A stretch of 64,000 nt of DNA from an uncultured virus (IMG/VR IMGVR_UViG_3300026116_000037) (IMGVR_UViG_3300026116_000037); one strand, 5' to 3'. Positions 9,868-19,656 are shown, counted from the stretch's first letter. Program-made: numbers and translations. The notes: a model not told the origin generated them from the letters alone.

Positions 9868-10031
9868 TAGAGAGGGCGCGCGGGGCTACTTCCCCACCCG
9901 TAGAAGATTCCTAACGAGTCGGCGTCCCAACCGACCAGCCGGTCAGCCTCCGCCGCGCCCTCTCTAGTGCCTCGTCTTAGGTCTCGAACCTCTCCCGCTT
10001 GCGCGGGCGCCCCGGACGGCGTTGACGAGAC
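9868..10031 (-). ncRNA. structured intergenic RNA: tRNA-like domain (9969-10031) followed by a long hairpin (9868-9966)
   Basis: 8-bp closing stem GTCTCGTC/GACGAGGC, CGCC/GGCG arm, CCCGC-GCAA-GCGGG arm, AGG-TTCGAGA-CCT T-arm; 9868-9887 pairs with 9945-9966. Confidence 0.45.
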
Positions 10032-10036
10032 GCGGA

Positions 10037-10621
10037 CTAGGCCGCCGATTCGACGCGCGGAGAGACCGACTTCCGCGAGACGCGCCCGAGCAAGAGATCG
10101 CTCTTCGTACCGTCGCCGTTGGTCAGGCCCTCGAACAGGACGACCGGGACATCCTTCTGTCCGTCGGCGTAGGTCGGAGAGATCCGCACGTCGTGCTCGA
10201 CCGTCAGGGACGGGAAGTCGAGGTGGAGCTTGTCCAGGCCCTCGGCGCTGAGGGTGATCTTCTGACCCTTCACGAGCGGGATGACCTTCGAGGACCGGGG
10301 AAACCCGACCTTGAACGCCGTGCCCGACGCGGCCAGGGCCTTGAAGGTGTCGGCGAGGGCGTCCGAGGACGACATCACCAAAGCGATCTGCGAAGCCAGC
10401 GGAGCCGCCGCCGGGTTCTGAGCCGCCCACTTCGCCGTCATGCGGGCGATCTTCGCGGCGCGCTTGCTCACCGAGCGCACGGAATCCTCGAAGTGCCCGG
10501 CGGGGTTGTCCTTCAGCTTGCGGATCGGCGGGACCGTGCGGACGTGCTGCTTGCGGGCCGGCTTCTCCGTCGTCTCGCCTTCGGCCTTCGCGGTGTTCGT
10601 GGCGCTCTTCTTCGTGCCCAT
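10037..10621 (-). CDS. basic hypothetical protein
   Basis: GAAGGAG SD, K-rich N-terminus, high-GC3 codon use. Confidence 0.65.
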   Translation of the reverse strand: MGTKKSATNTAKAEGETTEKPARKQHVRTVPPIRKLKDNPAGHFEDSVRSVSKRAAKIARMTAKWAAQNPAAAPLASQIALVMSSSDALADTFKALAASGTAFKVGFPRSSKVIPLVKGQKITLSAEGLDKLHLDFPSLTVEHDVRISPTYADGQKDVPVVLFEGLTNGDGTKSDLLLGRVSRKSVSPRVESAA

Positions 10622-10740
10622 GATTTTCTTATCTCCTTCGGGTGGTTCGTGTCCTGGATGACAATTTGTAGAGTAACAAACTTTTACGCGTTAACTCGTT
10701 CTTTCTTTCGCGGCCGATTCTTTTTTAACGCGTAACGTTT

Positions 10741-12978
10741 TCAGCGGAGGCCGCGGAAGATCGCGGCGGCGTAGGGGGTGATCACACTCTCGAACACATC
10801 AGCTCCGGGCGTGCTGGAGTCGACGATGATCGCCGAAGGCAGGCCCTTCATGAGAAGGCGGATCGCGACGGCCAACCAGCCCTTGCTCTCGTAGCGGATC
10901 AGGCGGTAGTCGAGCGCCTTGGAACTCGACGCGGCCAGGCGTTCAAACCCGTGCATAAAATCGGACAGGTGCGCGGGCGTGGGGCCATCCCAACCCTTGC
11001 CGGGCATGCAGTCGATAAAGAGGATCCGCACCGGGCACTCGAACGCCGGATCCGGATTGTTGAGCTGCTCGCGCAGGGCCTCCAGGGCGTGATCCGCCTT
11101 GGGCGGGGTCGGCGGCACCAACTCGTTCAGCACGCCGCCGAAGCCGGTGAGGATCTCCTCCGCCGACGGCGTGGCCGGCCTGCCGGTCTCCGGGGCCGTG
11201 TAGGCGGCCATGGCCGGCGCGCTCGCCGCAACCGTTGTGGTCCCCGTGAGGCCGGGCTGGATCAGTCCGTTACCGAACAACGAGGCTGGGCCGGCGGTTC
11301 CGGTCGGCGCGGCGCCCGCAGCCGCCTCGGCCGCGCGGGCGGCCTCCATCTCGGCCTTGGTGCGGCGCTTGCGCTTGGCTGGGGCGTCCGTGCCCCCGGG
11401 AGCCTCCGAAGCCGCCGGAGCGGCGCCAGCGGGCGCGGGAGGGGCCTCCGGGGCGCTCTCCTCCGACTCCTCGGCCTTGCCGTCGCCCGCGTTCGCTGCC
11501 GCGACCTCCTCGGGTGTGCTCGTGTCCGGCGGCGCGTCGCCGGGCGTCAAACCACCGATCCCGACCTCGACGGCCGGCGCGGCGGGGGCCGGCGCGGCGG
11601 GGGCCGGCGCGGCGGGGGCCGGCGCGGCGGGGGCCGGCGCGGCGGGGGCCGGCGCGGCGGGGGCCGGCGCGGCGATAGACGTCACCGTGCCGACCGGCGT
11701 CACCGTGCCGACCGGCGCGGCGGGGGCCAGATTGCCGAACAGAGCGGCGAGCCCGTCCGGTGCCTTGGTCGTGGGAGCCTCCGCGCGGGCCACACCCGCC
11801 GCCGGGGCGGCCGCGGGGGCCGGTGCGGCGGCGGGGGTGGCCGGGTTGGAAACTGGAGCCGGAGCGGCCGCGGGGGCGTTCGAATTCGCGGCGGGCGTCC
11901 CGAACAAGCCGGCCAGGCCCGCGGGGGGCGCAGGCGGTGCCGAAGGTGCGGCGGCCGGGGCAGGCGCGGGGGCGGGAGGAGGCGCGGCCTTGGCCGCCTC
12001 CATCATCTTCGCCAAGAGGCTTCCGGGGGCGGGCGCGGCGGAGGGGTTCGTGGGCTCGGACATATTCGCAGGTCTCCTAACTTGAAAGAGTTTCGTTCCG
12101 TTCGCTCCGGCGTTGAAGCCGCAAAGATCTCGATAGAAGCAGCCGCCGTATTTGTCGCAGCTCTCGACGTTGGGCGGCAGCTTGTCCGCGGTAGCCGGGC
12201 CGAGCTTCGCCCAGCTCTGCATTTCCCGAACGACCGCCATGTCACGCGCCCAGATTGCTTCGACCTCTGAGCGCTTCGCCTTCACGAAGACCGGCTTCGT
12301 TTGCGGGTGCACGCGCGAGGTCAGCAGGTACAGGAGCCCGATCTCGATCTCCTCGTAATCGGAGACCGCGAAAAGCCACTTCGCATTGATGTTGAGCTGA
12401 GTATCGTTCCGAACCTCTTCGGGCGTCTTAGCGTAGCGAAAATCCGAAGTGGTCTTGTAGTCGGTGATCTTCGCCGTCTTCCCGTAGCACTCGATAAAGT
12501 CGATGTATTGAATCAGCGAGGGTCCGTCCTCATACGTCGGAAGCGGACCCTCCTGCTCGACCATGATGCCGCCGCCCTCGGACTCGTGCGGCGCCCAGAA
12601 GTCGCGGTCAGTGCGCGGCGGCGGGAGGTACTTTTGCGCCGCCTGGACAAACTCCAGGGTCGTCACCGTCGTCGGGGCGTTGCCGTTCTGATCGTCGGTA
12701 ACCGTGACGGTCGGCAGAACCTCGCCCGTGGTCATGTAGGCTTCGAGCGCGGAGTGGATCGCGACGCCCTTCGTCTGGTTGCCGCGCATGGGCTCGCGGT
12801 TCCCCAAAATCGACGCGTTATACCACTTGCGCGGGCAGCCCTTGAAGCTGACGATCTGGGAAGGGGACACCGTGTTCCACGCGCGCTGTGCGCGCATCTG
12901 CGGCACGGGCGGGGACGTGGGCGCCGCGCCGTCCGCCGCGAGAGGGGGAATCACGACGCCAGGTCCGAAAACGCTCAT
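10741..12978 (-). CDS. PD-(D/E)XK (RecB/Cas4-like) nuclease with long Ala/Pro linker and C-terminal domain
   Basis: SPSQI..F.GCPRKW, G.AIH, YIDF...DYKT, QLNINA, C..YGGCFY..LC; start taken as MSVFG at 12978. Confidence 0.8.
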   Translation of the reverse strand: MSVFGPGVVIPPLAADGAAPTSPPVPQMRAQRAWNTVSPSQIVSFKGCPRKWYNASILGNREPMRGNQTKGVAIHSALEAYMTTGEVLPTVTVTDDQNGNAPTTVTTLEFVQAAQKYLPPPRTDRDFWAPHESEGGGIMVEQEGPLPTYEDGPSLIQYIDFIECYGKTAKITDYKTTSDFRYAKTPEEVRNDTQLNINAKWLFAVSDYEEIEIGLLYLLTSRVHPQTKPVFVKAKRSEVEAIWARDMAVVREMQSWAKLGPATADKLPPNVESCDKYGGCFYRDLCGFNAGANGTKLFQVRRPANMSEPTNPSAAPAPGSLLAKMMEAAKAAPPPAPAPAPAAAPSAPPAPPAGLAGLFGTPAANSNAPAAAPAPVSNPATPAAAPAPAAAPAAGVARAEAPTTKAPDGLAALFGNLAPAAPVGTVTPVGTVTSIAAPAPAAPAPAAPAPAAPAPAAPAPAAPAPAAPAVEVGIGGLTPGDAPPDTSTPEEVAAANAGDGKAEESEESAPEAPPAPAGAAPAASEAPGGTDAPAKRKRRTKAEMEAARAAEAAAGAAPTGTAGPASLFGNGLIQPGLTGTTTVAASAPAMAAYTAPETGRPATPSAEEILTGFGGVLNELVPPTPPKADHALEALREQLNNPDPAFECPVRILFIDCMPGKGWDGPTPAHLSDFMHGFERLAASSSKALDYRLIRYESKGWLAVAIRLLMKGLPSAIIVDSSTPGADVFESVITPYAAAIFRGLR
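11572..11674. repeat. 15-bp tandem repeat (~7 copies) encoding AAPAP
   Basis: GGCCGGCGCGGCGGG units. Confidence 0.9.
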
Positions 12979-13349
12979 GCGACCGCCGATCTTGGTTCGT
13001 AAAGGGAGAAGAATTCCTCGGGCGACTTCTGCGCCGGAGGCTCGGCCGTCGGAAAACGCGTCAGGTCGACGACCGTGAGCCCCAAGCGTTGGGCGGCCTC
13101 GCGCTCGACGGCCATGCGCGAGGACATTTGGCCGAGCATTACCATTGCGTCGCAACGCGCGAGAAGATCAAGATTACCGCGGGCGGCGCGGATCGCGTGG
13201 TCGATCGTCGGCATGTCCTCGGCGCGCGTCACGCCCAGCACGAACGAGACGTTGGGCGACGTCGACTCGACACACCAGCGAAGCCAGCGGTGCAACCGCG
13301 GGTCGCGCTCGGGGAATTCGTGGAACGAGTGGCTCACATAAACCAGCAT
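12975..13349 (-). CDS. DUF4406 / nucleoside-deoxyribosyltransferase-like small protein
   Basis: VYVSH, LARCDAMVML...SSRMAVEREAA..LGL pattern. Confidence 0.55.
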   Translation of the reverse strand: MLVYVSHSFHEFPERDPRLHRWLRWCVESTSPNVSFVLGVTRAEDMPTIDHAIRAARGNLDLLARCDAMVMLGQMSSRMAVEREAAQRLGLTVVDLTRFPTAEPPAQKSPEEFFSLYEPRSAVA

Positions 13350-13401
13350 GACCGGTTCCAACCTTAGCACGCTAAAAGTTAGCGCGGTAAAAATTTTTGC
13401 G

Positions 13402-13731
13402 TCAGCGAAACGAGGTCAGGACGAGCCCGACCGAACAGCACGCGAGGCCAGCCCAGACGTTCCAGGTGAGGGCCTCGCCGAAGACGAAGCGGCCCAGCAT
13501 CACGGGTACGATCACGCCGGTCGCCGCCCAGAAGATGGCGGCCCGGCCGAGCGCCCCGCCGCTCGCGCGCAGGACTCCGAGCCAAAGCGCCGACACGAGG
13601 ACGTAGGACGCGAGCGCGGCCGCGAGATAGCCGCGTCCAAGCGAGTCCGCCCACCGCTTCGCCGCGAGATCCCCGAGAGCCACGATCGCGTCGCCCGCGA
13701 GCGCGAGCGCGATCATGGTGCCGAGCTTCAC
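13402..13731 (-). CDS. SMR/DMT-family small membrane protein
   Basis: Four hydrophobic helices, FGEALT, AIFWAATG. Confidence 0.7.
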   Translation of the reverse strand: MKLGTMIALALAGDAIVALGDLAAKRWADSLGRGYLAAALASYVLVSALWLGVLRASGGALGRAAIFWAATGVIVPVMLGRFVFGEALTWNVWAGLACCSVGLVLTSFR

Positions 13732-13822
13732 GGCAGCGCCCGCGCCAGGATAGAGATCGCCAAACCGGCCGTGATCAAGAAAGCCGCGACGCCGCTGAGC
13801 ACGCGCATTTCATCGGGGGAGA

Positions 13823-14290
13823 TCACGACTCGCCTCCGGCGGGGCCGTCGCGGTCGTCGGAACGCACCAGCCGCAGCGCCGGACGGGCCTGCACCGCGTT
13901 CGAGGGGCCGGCCGCTTCGGCGTCGAAAGGCGCGTCCATCGGCACCGCGGTAAGACGGCGCTCCGCCTTCTCGGGCGCCTTCGGCTCGCCGCCGTCTTTC
14001 GCCCGCACCATGCCGATCGCTTCCCAGGGGAGCGTTACGAAGAACGGAGAGCGCGCGAAAGAGAGCGTCGCCGTGATTCCGAGCGGGCTCACGACGAGAT
14101 CCGGGATCGGGGTTTTCATGTCGAGGCCCAGCTCCAACACCGTGACCTCGTTCGCGGCCTTGATGTAGTCGGGAAGTGTGACGCCTTCCACCTCGTTCAG
14201 GACCCAAACGAGGATCGAGTCACACTCTTTGAGAAGGGCCCGGACGGCCTCGACCTTCATCTCCTTCGTGATCGGCTCCGAGTCCATCAT
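13823..14290 (-). CDS. sspB: ClpXP adaptor SspB homologue
   Basis: PIPDLVV...ITATLSFARSPFFVTLPWEAI core, disordered tail ending RPALRLV (ClpX-binding-like). Confidence 0.75.
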   Translation of the reverse strand: MMDSEPITKEMKVEAVRALLKECDSILVWVLNEVEGVTLPDYIKAANEVTVLELGLDMKTPIPDLVVSPLGITATLSFARSPFFVTLPWEAIGMVRAKDGGEPKAPEKAERRLTAVPMDAPFDAEAAGPSNAVQARPALRLVRSDDRDGPAGGES

Positions 14291-14526
14291 CGAATCTCCC
14301 GCGCAATTTTTTCGACGGCCGCGATCTTCTTTTTCAGCGAGACGATCTTGCGCGCCGCGAGCTTTCTTACCGCCTCGACCGCCTCGGCTCGGAGCGTGAA
14401 TGCCGTACGCCCTATGACGAATTGCCGGTGATAGGGCTCGGCGTAGACGTACGCCCCATCCGGCGGCGAAGCCTCAGTCTCTTGAATTCCTCTCGTCTCC
14501 CAATATTTGACCGTGTAATACCTCAT
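14287..14526 (-). CDS. hypothetical protein
   Basis: Overlapping start/stop packing; YTVKYWETRGI. Confidence 0.6.
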   Translation of the reverse strand: MRYYTVKYWETRGIQETEASPPDGAYVYAEPYHRQFVIGRTAFTLRAEAVEAVRKLAARKIVSLKKKIAAVEKIAREIR

Positions 14527-14764
14527 GACCGACTCCCGTCCTTGAACAGCTTCCAGCCCAGCGCCCCTAGGAACACGGCCACCGCGACGACGAACGGCGT
14601 CAGGAGCACGCCCATCAAGGAAAGCGAAAGGTCGGTCGTCACGGGCGCCTCCATCCGATTTCGAATTCGAGTTGATCGATCTCGTCGTCCGTGAGCCACA
14701 CGACGGCGTGAAGCCACGTGACGCCGAAGAACTTCGAGATCTCTTTCACGTAGGCGTGCACGGC

Positions 14765-15391
14765 TTATCGTAGGGCGCCCGGCGGCAGCTTCGAGACGTC
14801 CACGATCCCGGCGCGCTCCACCAGGGCCGCGAAAGGGTCGTGCGGGCCGGGGCTCTTCAGGCCGCGGGACATCAGCCACTCCGTCGCCTCTTTCCCGTGC
14901 GCGATGCTTTCGAGGACGTCGTCCTTTGCCCTGTGCGCTTCCGCTCGGGGGAACTTGTCGCGGCCCATGGCTCGGGCTAAGAGCTTGATCGACGAGACGT
15001 CGAAGACCCGATAGTGAAGGCGCTTCGCAAGCGTGGGCATGTAGGCGCGCAGGAACCCGAGATCGAAGTGGACGGTTGAGCCGGCCAACGTCGGCAAGTC
15101 GGCGCGGTCCTCGACCTCAGGAATCAGCGCCAGCAATGCCGCCTCCACCTCGGCGATCGTGATCGCGCTGAGCGAGCACTCTAGGACAAGGCCGTTTTGA
15201 TTGTGCATCGCCTGCACGTATGGGTCCCATTTCGTGAAGCTCTTCGCATAGACAGAACTGAGAACCGCGTGATACAGCGGCTTGACGTTGAACGGATCGT
15301 TAAGTTCCGCCTCGGCGGCGTAGATCTCAAGGATTGCGTCGTTGCGAGGGTCGAGGCCTGTGGTTTCGAGATCGCACCAGATCAATTTCAT
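14765..15391 (-). CDS. orn: oligoribonuclease (DEDDh)
   Basis: LIWCDLETTGLDP, MHNQNGL, LAGSTVHFD..FL, LHYRVFDVSSIK, HRAKDDV.ESI. Confidence 0.88.
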   Translation of the reverse strand: MKLIWCDLETTGLDPRNDAILEIYAAEAELNDPFNVKPLYHAVLSSVYAKSFTKWDPYVQAMHNQNGLVLECSLSAITIAEVEAALLALIPEVEDRADLPTLAGSTVHFDLGFLRAYMPTLAKRLHYRVFDVSSIKLLARAMGRDKFPRAEAHRAKDDVLESIAHGKEATEWLMSRGLKSPGPHDPFAALVERAGIVDVSKLPPGALR

Positions 15392-16125
15392 TTCGCGTCC
15401 GCATCCTTTCCGACTTCCGTTTTCCATCTCTGCCAGCGCGCTATTGCCGCCGCGCTGAGCTTGGCGCGCACGTCTTCCGATACAGTCCGCCCTTTTCGTG
15501 TCGCGCTCATCTTGGCTCGCGTCTCAGCGGACGCGCTTCGGCCACGCTGCGCTTGGCGTAGTCGCTCCTTTGCTTCCTCCGAGTGGCGCCGTCCACGAAA
15601 GGAGCTAGGCCGGTCCTTTTTCGCCGCACTCATGTTAGCGCGGGCCGTCGCAGATTTGGGACGACCCTTCAGTGATCGGCTACGTTTCTGCCGTTCTTCC
15701 GCCGACTGCTTCCGACCGGTCCGTCCGAACTTAGCGACACTCATCTTGGCGCGAGCCTCGGGCGTGTGCTTGCGTCCGAGGGTAGGAGATCGTCCTCCGG
15801 TGCCGACGTTCGTCAGTGGCTCCCCGGCGGCCCGCAATCGTATGATCCAATCGTTCTCGGCGTCATAGACTTCGTCTGATGAGCCGTAGCGCTGCAACAC
15901 CCGCACATCGTACGGAAGAGATCCTGGACGCTTAGGAAGGGAGCGCAGCCATGCCGCTTTACTGCCGTCACGTCGGCGCTCATCCTGACGTATATGACAC
16001 TCCTGCGCGTGGGCGGCGCTTCGAGCCAGTCCTCTAGCGGACGCTCCGACATAGTGACAACGTCCGGTCCGCGGGTCGATTAGCCCGTAGATCAGAAACG
16101 CCGAGACATGTTCGTCGGAGGCCAT
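15388..16125 (-). CDS. GIY-YIG homing endonuclease with NUMOD3 repeats
   Basis: LIYGLIDPR...YVG, E..WI, LTN, repeated HTPEARAKMS / HSEEAKERL. Confidence 0.85.
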   Translation of the reverse strand: MASDEHVSAFLIYGLIDPRTGRCHYVGASARGLARSAAHAQECHIRQDERRRDGSKAAWLRSLPKRPGSLPYDVRVLQRYGSSDEVYDAENDWIIRLRAAGEPLTNVGTGGRSPTLGRKHTPEARAKMSVAKFGRTGRKQSAEERQKRSRSLKGRPKSATARANMSAAKKDRPSSFRGRRHSEEAKERLRQAQRGRSASAETRAKMSATRKGRTVSEDVRAKLSAAAIARWQRWKTEVGKDADAK

Positions 16126-16133
16126 CGTAACCC

Positions 16134-16823
16134 TCACTCGTATTTTGAGGCCTCGATGCGGCTGCGTCGCATTCGTTCGTTGAGCCAGGCGCCAACGTTC
16201 ACTCGTGTGCCGGCTCCGTTCGGTGGCAGGACGGCGGCGTGATCGGGTATGGCAAAGTACACGATTGACTTTTGCCGCTCGTCCGACGACAAGACCTCGT
16301 GCATCGTCGCTGTACCGAGCCCGATCTCCTCGGCGATTTCCCCCAGGTGCGCCTGAGGGTTGAGCGAGCGGATCCGGCGAATGACTCGGCTCGGCTCTGT
16401 CTCGATCGCGCGGAAGCACTTCGGCTGATCTCGGTAACACATGAGCGTGTACAAGGAAAAATCGAAGTGCGGGTTGGACGTTGACCCAGGTGGATAATCC
16501 AGCACGCGCAGGGCCCCGTAACGAATATCCGGGAGGAACGCCTCCGGGATCTCGGCCTCCATGGCGGCCGCCGTCGCGATGTCGTGCGCGCGCTGGAGGT
16601 AGTCCATCAAGAGGATGGCGTCCTCGTCCGGCACGGCCGCCGTCAAGTATTTAGTCGCGACGTGCGCGTATCTTTTTCCGTAGTCGATCCTGCCGTCGCC
16701 GTTCGGGATCTCCTTCACGGTCGGTCGATAGCCCGGATAGTCGTCGCGGAACACGAGCGCGTGAAGCGCGTTGTAATCGTCTTCGGAAAAAATCGTCTTG
16801 GGCATTGGGCGGGGTCCTTTCAC
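16134..16823 (-). CDS. 2OG-Fe(II) dioxygenase (IPNS-like)
   Basis: LRVLDYP, HFD (HxD), distal MHEV, RQKSIVYF. Confidence 0.65.
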   Translation of the reverse strand: MKGPRPMPKTIFSEDDYNALHALVFRDDYPGYRPTVKEIPNGDGRIDYGKRYAHVATKYLTAAVPDEDAILLMDYLQRAHDIATAAAMEAEIPEAFLPDIRYGALRVLDYPPGSTSNPHFDFSLYTLMCYRDQPKCFRAIETEPSRVIRRIRSLNPQAHLGEIAEEIGLGTATMHEVLSSDERQKSIVYFAIPDHAAVLPPNGAGTRVNVGAWLNERMRRSRIEASKYE

Positions 16824-17938
16824 TCGTAGTCGCGGATGGATTTTCCGATCGGGAACCTAGGGATCCCATCGGCCGTGAGGTTCTGATAGGCGACGGTTAG
16901 GAGCTTCCCTTGCCATTGCTCCGGGTGCGCGAACAACTCAGCCCGACGCGCGTAGCTCGTCTTTAGGCGTGCCCGGAACTCCTTGCCCTCGGCCGTGACG
17001 CACACGAAGGATCCGACGGTGCCGACGTCCTTGCCACGGCCTTCTTCTGCGCCCGTGATTTTGTACTCGCTATCAACGAAGTTCTTCAGCTTTTGCAGGA
17101 ACATCGATCGTTTGCCGAACTCGTACGGACCCTCGCCACGGATCATAGAGCCTTCATAACCGCGCGCTAGATTCAGATCATGGCAACCCATGATCTCCTC
17201 GTGGTTCGCCGCGACGTCGGTGCGCACCTGCACCAGCGGCGCCCCGGCCCCGTCCAGCAAGCGCTTAAGCTTCCAGTGCCGACCGGAAAACGGGGCGTCC
17301 TCAGACGGCAGATCGTACACGTGATATTCGATCACTTCGTGACCGGCTACCGGCTCCGCGCTTCGGATCAAGCTGATCAACCCCTCGAAGTCTCCATTCA
17401 TGGAATGGACGTAGGCCTCCCCGTCGAAGACGTAGGAACCCGACGGAAATCGAGCCTCTAGTGCGGCAGCGATATGCGGAAGCGAATTCACCCGCTTGCG
17501 GGTGCGGCTCCAAAGCTCACAAACGCCGTCCTCGACCACCGCGATCAGGCGCGTTCCATCGAACTTGGGTTGGACGAAAACCGGAAACGCGAGCTTTGAA
17601 GCAAAGTGCGGATAGATCTTCGAAGGCGCCAACATCGGAAGAATCCCGCCCTCGATCACGGCGTCGACCTCGCCCGCCTGCGCCGCCTCGATGCTCTCGA
17701 CGTATCCTTTTTTGCGCTGCTTCGTGTGACGAGCGAGCGCCTCGGCCTCCGCCTGTTGCTCGGGCGTCGTAGCGTTGGCGCGCCCGAGGTTCTTCCCCTC
17801 GGTGATCGTCTCAGTGCCGGACTGGATCGCACCGCCGACTTGCCCGTGGCAGGTCACGATCGCGGCGCCCTCGACGTCGATGCCCCACATGAGAATCGCG
17901 CCGGTCGCTCCGCGTCGGTAGAGGATCGGGAGGTCCAC
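16820..17938 (-). CDS. lig: ATP-dependent DNA ligase
   Basis: VQPKFDGTR, FDGEAY, YDL, EGSMIR, KLK, PRFP. Confidence 0.9.
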   Translation of the reverse strand: MDLPILYRRGATGAILMWGIDVEGAAIVTCHGQVGGAIQSGTETITEGKNLGRANATTPEQQAEAEALARHTKQRKKGYVESIEAAQAGEVDAVIEGGILPMLAPSKIYPHFASKLAFPVFVQPKFDGTRLIAVVEDGVCELWSRTRKRVNSLPHIAAALEARFPSGSYVFDGEAYVHSMNGDFEGLISLIRSAEPVAGHEVIEYHVYDLPSEDAPFSGRHWKLKRLLDGAGAPLVQVRTDVAANHEEIMGCHDLNLARGYEGSMIRGEGPYEFGKRSMFLQKLKNFVDSEYKITGAEEGRGKDVGTVGSFVCVTAEGKEFRARLKTSYARRAELFAHPEQWQGKLLTVAYQNLTADGIPRFPIGKSIRDYE

Positions 17939-18192
17939 TACAGCCGCTCCCCGTAGAAGTCCTCGGCCTCGTTGGCGAGGATGATCTCCATGTCGCGAAT
18001 GGCGTCGGCGAAGACGCGCCGCACGTAGGCCTTGGGCAGCTCGCCGGCTTCGAAGGCGTCCTCCGCCTCGTCGTTGACGAGGTAGGGATCGTGATCCGCG
18101 AACATGTCGCCGCGCGCGAGAAGGGAACTCGCGTAGGCGGCCGCGCGGCGCTTCCAGGTGGTGAGGGTCTTGGGGAATTCGTTGGGCATGGC

Positions 18193-19065
18193 TCAGGCCT
18201 TCCTTCCGGGAGCGCGGCAGGCATAGACCTCAGGTGCTCGGCAATTGATATGGTCGGCGTGCCCGCAGACCGGGCCGACCTCGTAGGACGTCGACGCGAG
18301 ACCGGCGCGGGCCTTATCTACGCGCGCAGCGGGCCACCGCTCCGGCCATGCCGCTGAAGCGGGAGCGGAAGCATCTCCGCGAAGGTTGGCCGCGACAAAC
18401 TCGGCGAAGCGGTGCGGAAACTCGACCGGAGTCGACACCTCCACGACCTCAAACCACGGATCGCCCTCGAAAGCGTCCTCGGGCGGAGTCGGCTCGTTCG
18501 GGCAGCGTAGGAACGTGCGCCAGTCGACCCACTTCTTACCGCCCCAATCCTTGTGAATGCTGGACACCCAAAAGCCCCACTCGCGATAGGAGGGACCGGC
18601 GAAAACGAGCGTCCATACGGGGCGCACGATCTCCAGGCGGTGCGTGTGCTCGGCCTTGTTGCGAAGGACGCGGCCGAACCGGGCGCGTTTCCGCACCAGC
18701 ACCAGCGGCGCGTCACCGGGCGACGGGACGGAGTGCTCGATGTATTCGCCGCCGAGAATGATCGAGGTGAACGCCCACGGGTGATCGTGCATGGTGCGCT
18801 CGTCGCTCAGCCGAATCCGGTGGAGGAAGATCTTCCGGAAGCGAACCGGCACCCAAGAGAGCACCCGCGGCCAGCGGCCGGGCCCGAGCCAGCGCCGGGG
18901 CGTGATGAAGAAGCGGACCAAGTACAGCCGGCCGTCCGGCTTGTAGATCGTGTGCGAGCTGAAGACGAGGCCGAGGAGGAACAGCGCCAAGCGCTCGCGC
19001 GTCTCGGGGCTCCGGTAGAGCGTGAGGCCGACGCAGAGGGAGAAGATCAGAAGGGCGGTGAGCAT
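18193..19065 (-). CDS. membrane-anchored cupin-like protein
   Basis: N-terminal hydrophobic segments; LHRI..SD..HDHPW.F.SIIL.G.Y.E, HRL, WTL.F.GP..REWGF. Confidence 0.65.
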   Translation of the reverse strand: MLTALLIFSLCVGLTLYRSPETRERLALFLLGLVFSSHTIYKPDGRLYLVRFFITPRRWLGPGRWPRVLSWVPVRFRKIFLHRIRLSDERTMHDHPWAFTSIILGGEYIEHSVPSPGDAPLVLVRKRARFGRVLRNKAEHTHRLEIVRPVWTLVFAGPSYREWGFWVSSIHKDWGGKKWVDWRTFLRCPNEPTPPEDAFEGDPWFEVVEVSTPVEFPHRFAEFVAANLRGDASAPASAAWPERWPAARVDKARAGLASTSYEVGPVCGHADHINCRAPEVYACRAPGRKA

Positions 19066-19068
19066 GAC

Positions 19069-19656
19069 TTAGGAGACCTTGGAAGAGGACTTTTTCGCGG
19101 CCTTGACCGGCTTCAACTCGACGAGCTTGAATCGCTTCTCGGCGTTCGCTGGGCCCTCGACCTGGTGGATCCCGTCGATCATCTTGAGGAGCTTCTGGCG
19201 CCAGAACTCAGCGATGGCCAACTCCTCGCGGGCCTTCAAGAGCTTGGCGGCAGTCTCTTCCGCCGGCCCGAGGAGGTTCTCCAGGCTATGAACACGCCCG
19301 CGAGCCTCGGACAGCTGACTGCAATAATTTTCGGCACGACAAGTCTCCTCGTCCAGCCGCTTCGTCAAGACCTCCACATTGCTCTGTGCGTGGAAGAGCT
19401 TCGAAGAGTCCTCGCGCGCGGCCACGCGGAACAAATTGAACTCGTCCGTGGTCGCCTTCGCGCGCTCGACGTGATCCTCTACGTGGCTCATCAGCTCCGC
19501 GCAGCGTGCCGTCAGCCGGCGGCGAGAGTGCTCCAAGAAGAGCGACAGGAGAATCAATCCCAGAAGCAGCGAGACAGGATAGACGAGCGGGATCTCGAAC
19601 ATGATGCTTGCCCTTTCGTAGCGGGTTTCGTGCGGGTTGTGTGCCGTACCCTGCAA
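19069..19656 (-). CDS. membrane-anchored coiled-coil protein
   Basis: TM segment followed by heptad-rich region. Confidence 0.55.
   Translation of the reverse strand: MQGTAHNPHETRYERASIMFEIPLVYPVSLLLGLILLSLFLEHSRRRLTARCAELMSHVEDHVERAKATTDEFNLFRVAAREDSSKLFHAQSNVEVLTKRLDEETCRAENYCSQLSEARGRVHSLENLLGPAEETAAKLLKAREELAIAEFWRQKLLKMIDGIHQVEGPANAEKRFKLVELKPVKAAKKSSSKVS

Noticed and set aside
11572..11674. Tandem repeats (also ~43740 and ~62070) as contingency loci
   Set aside because: Unit lengths are multiples of three and encode Ala/Pro linkers, so there is no phase variation
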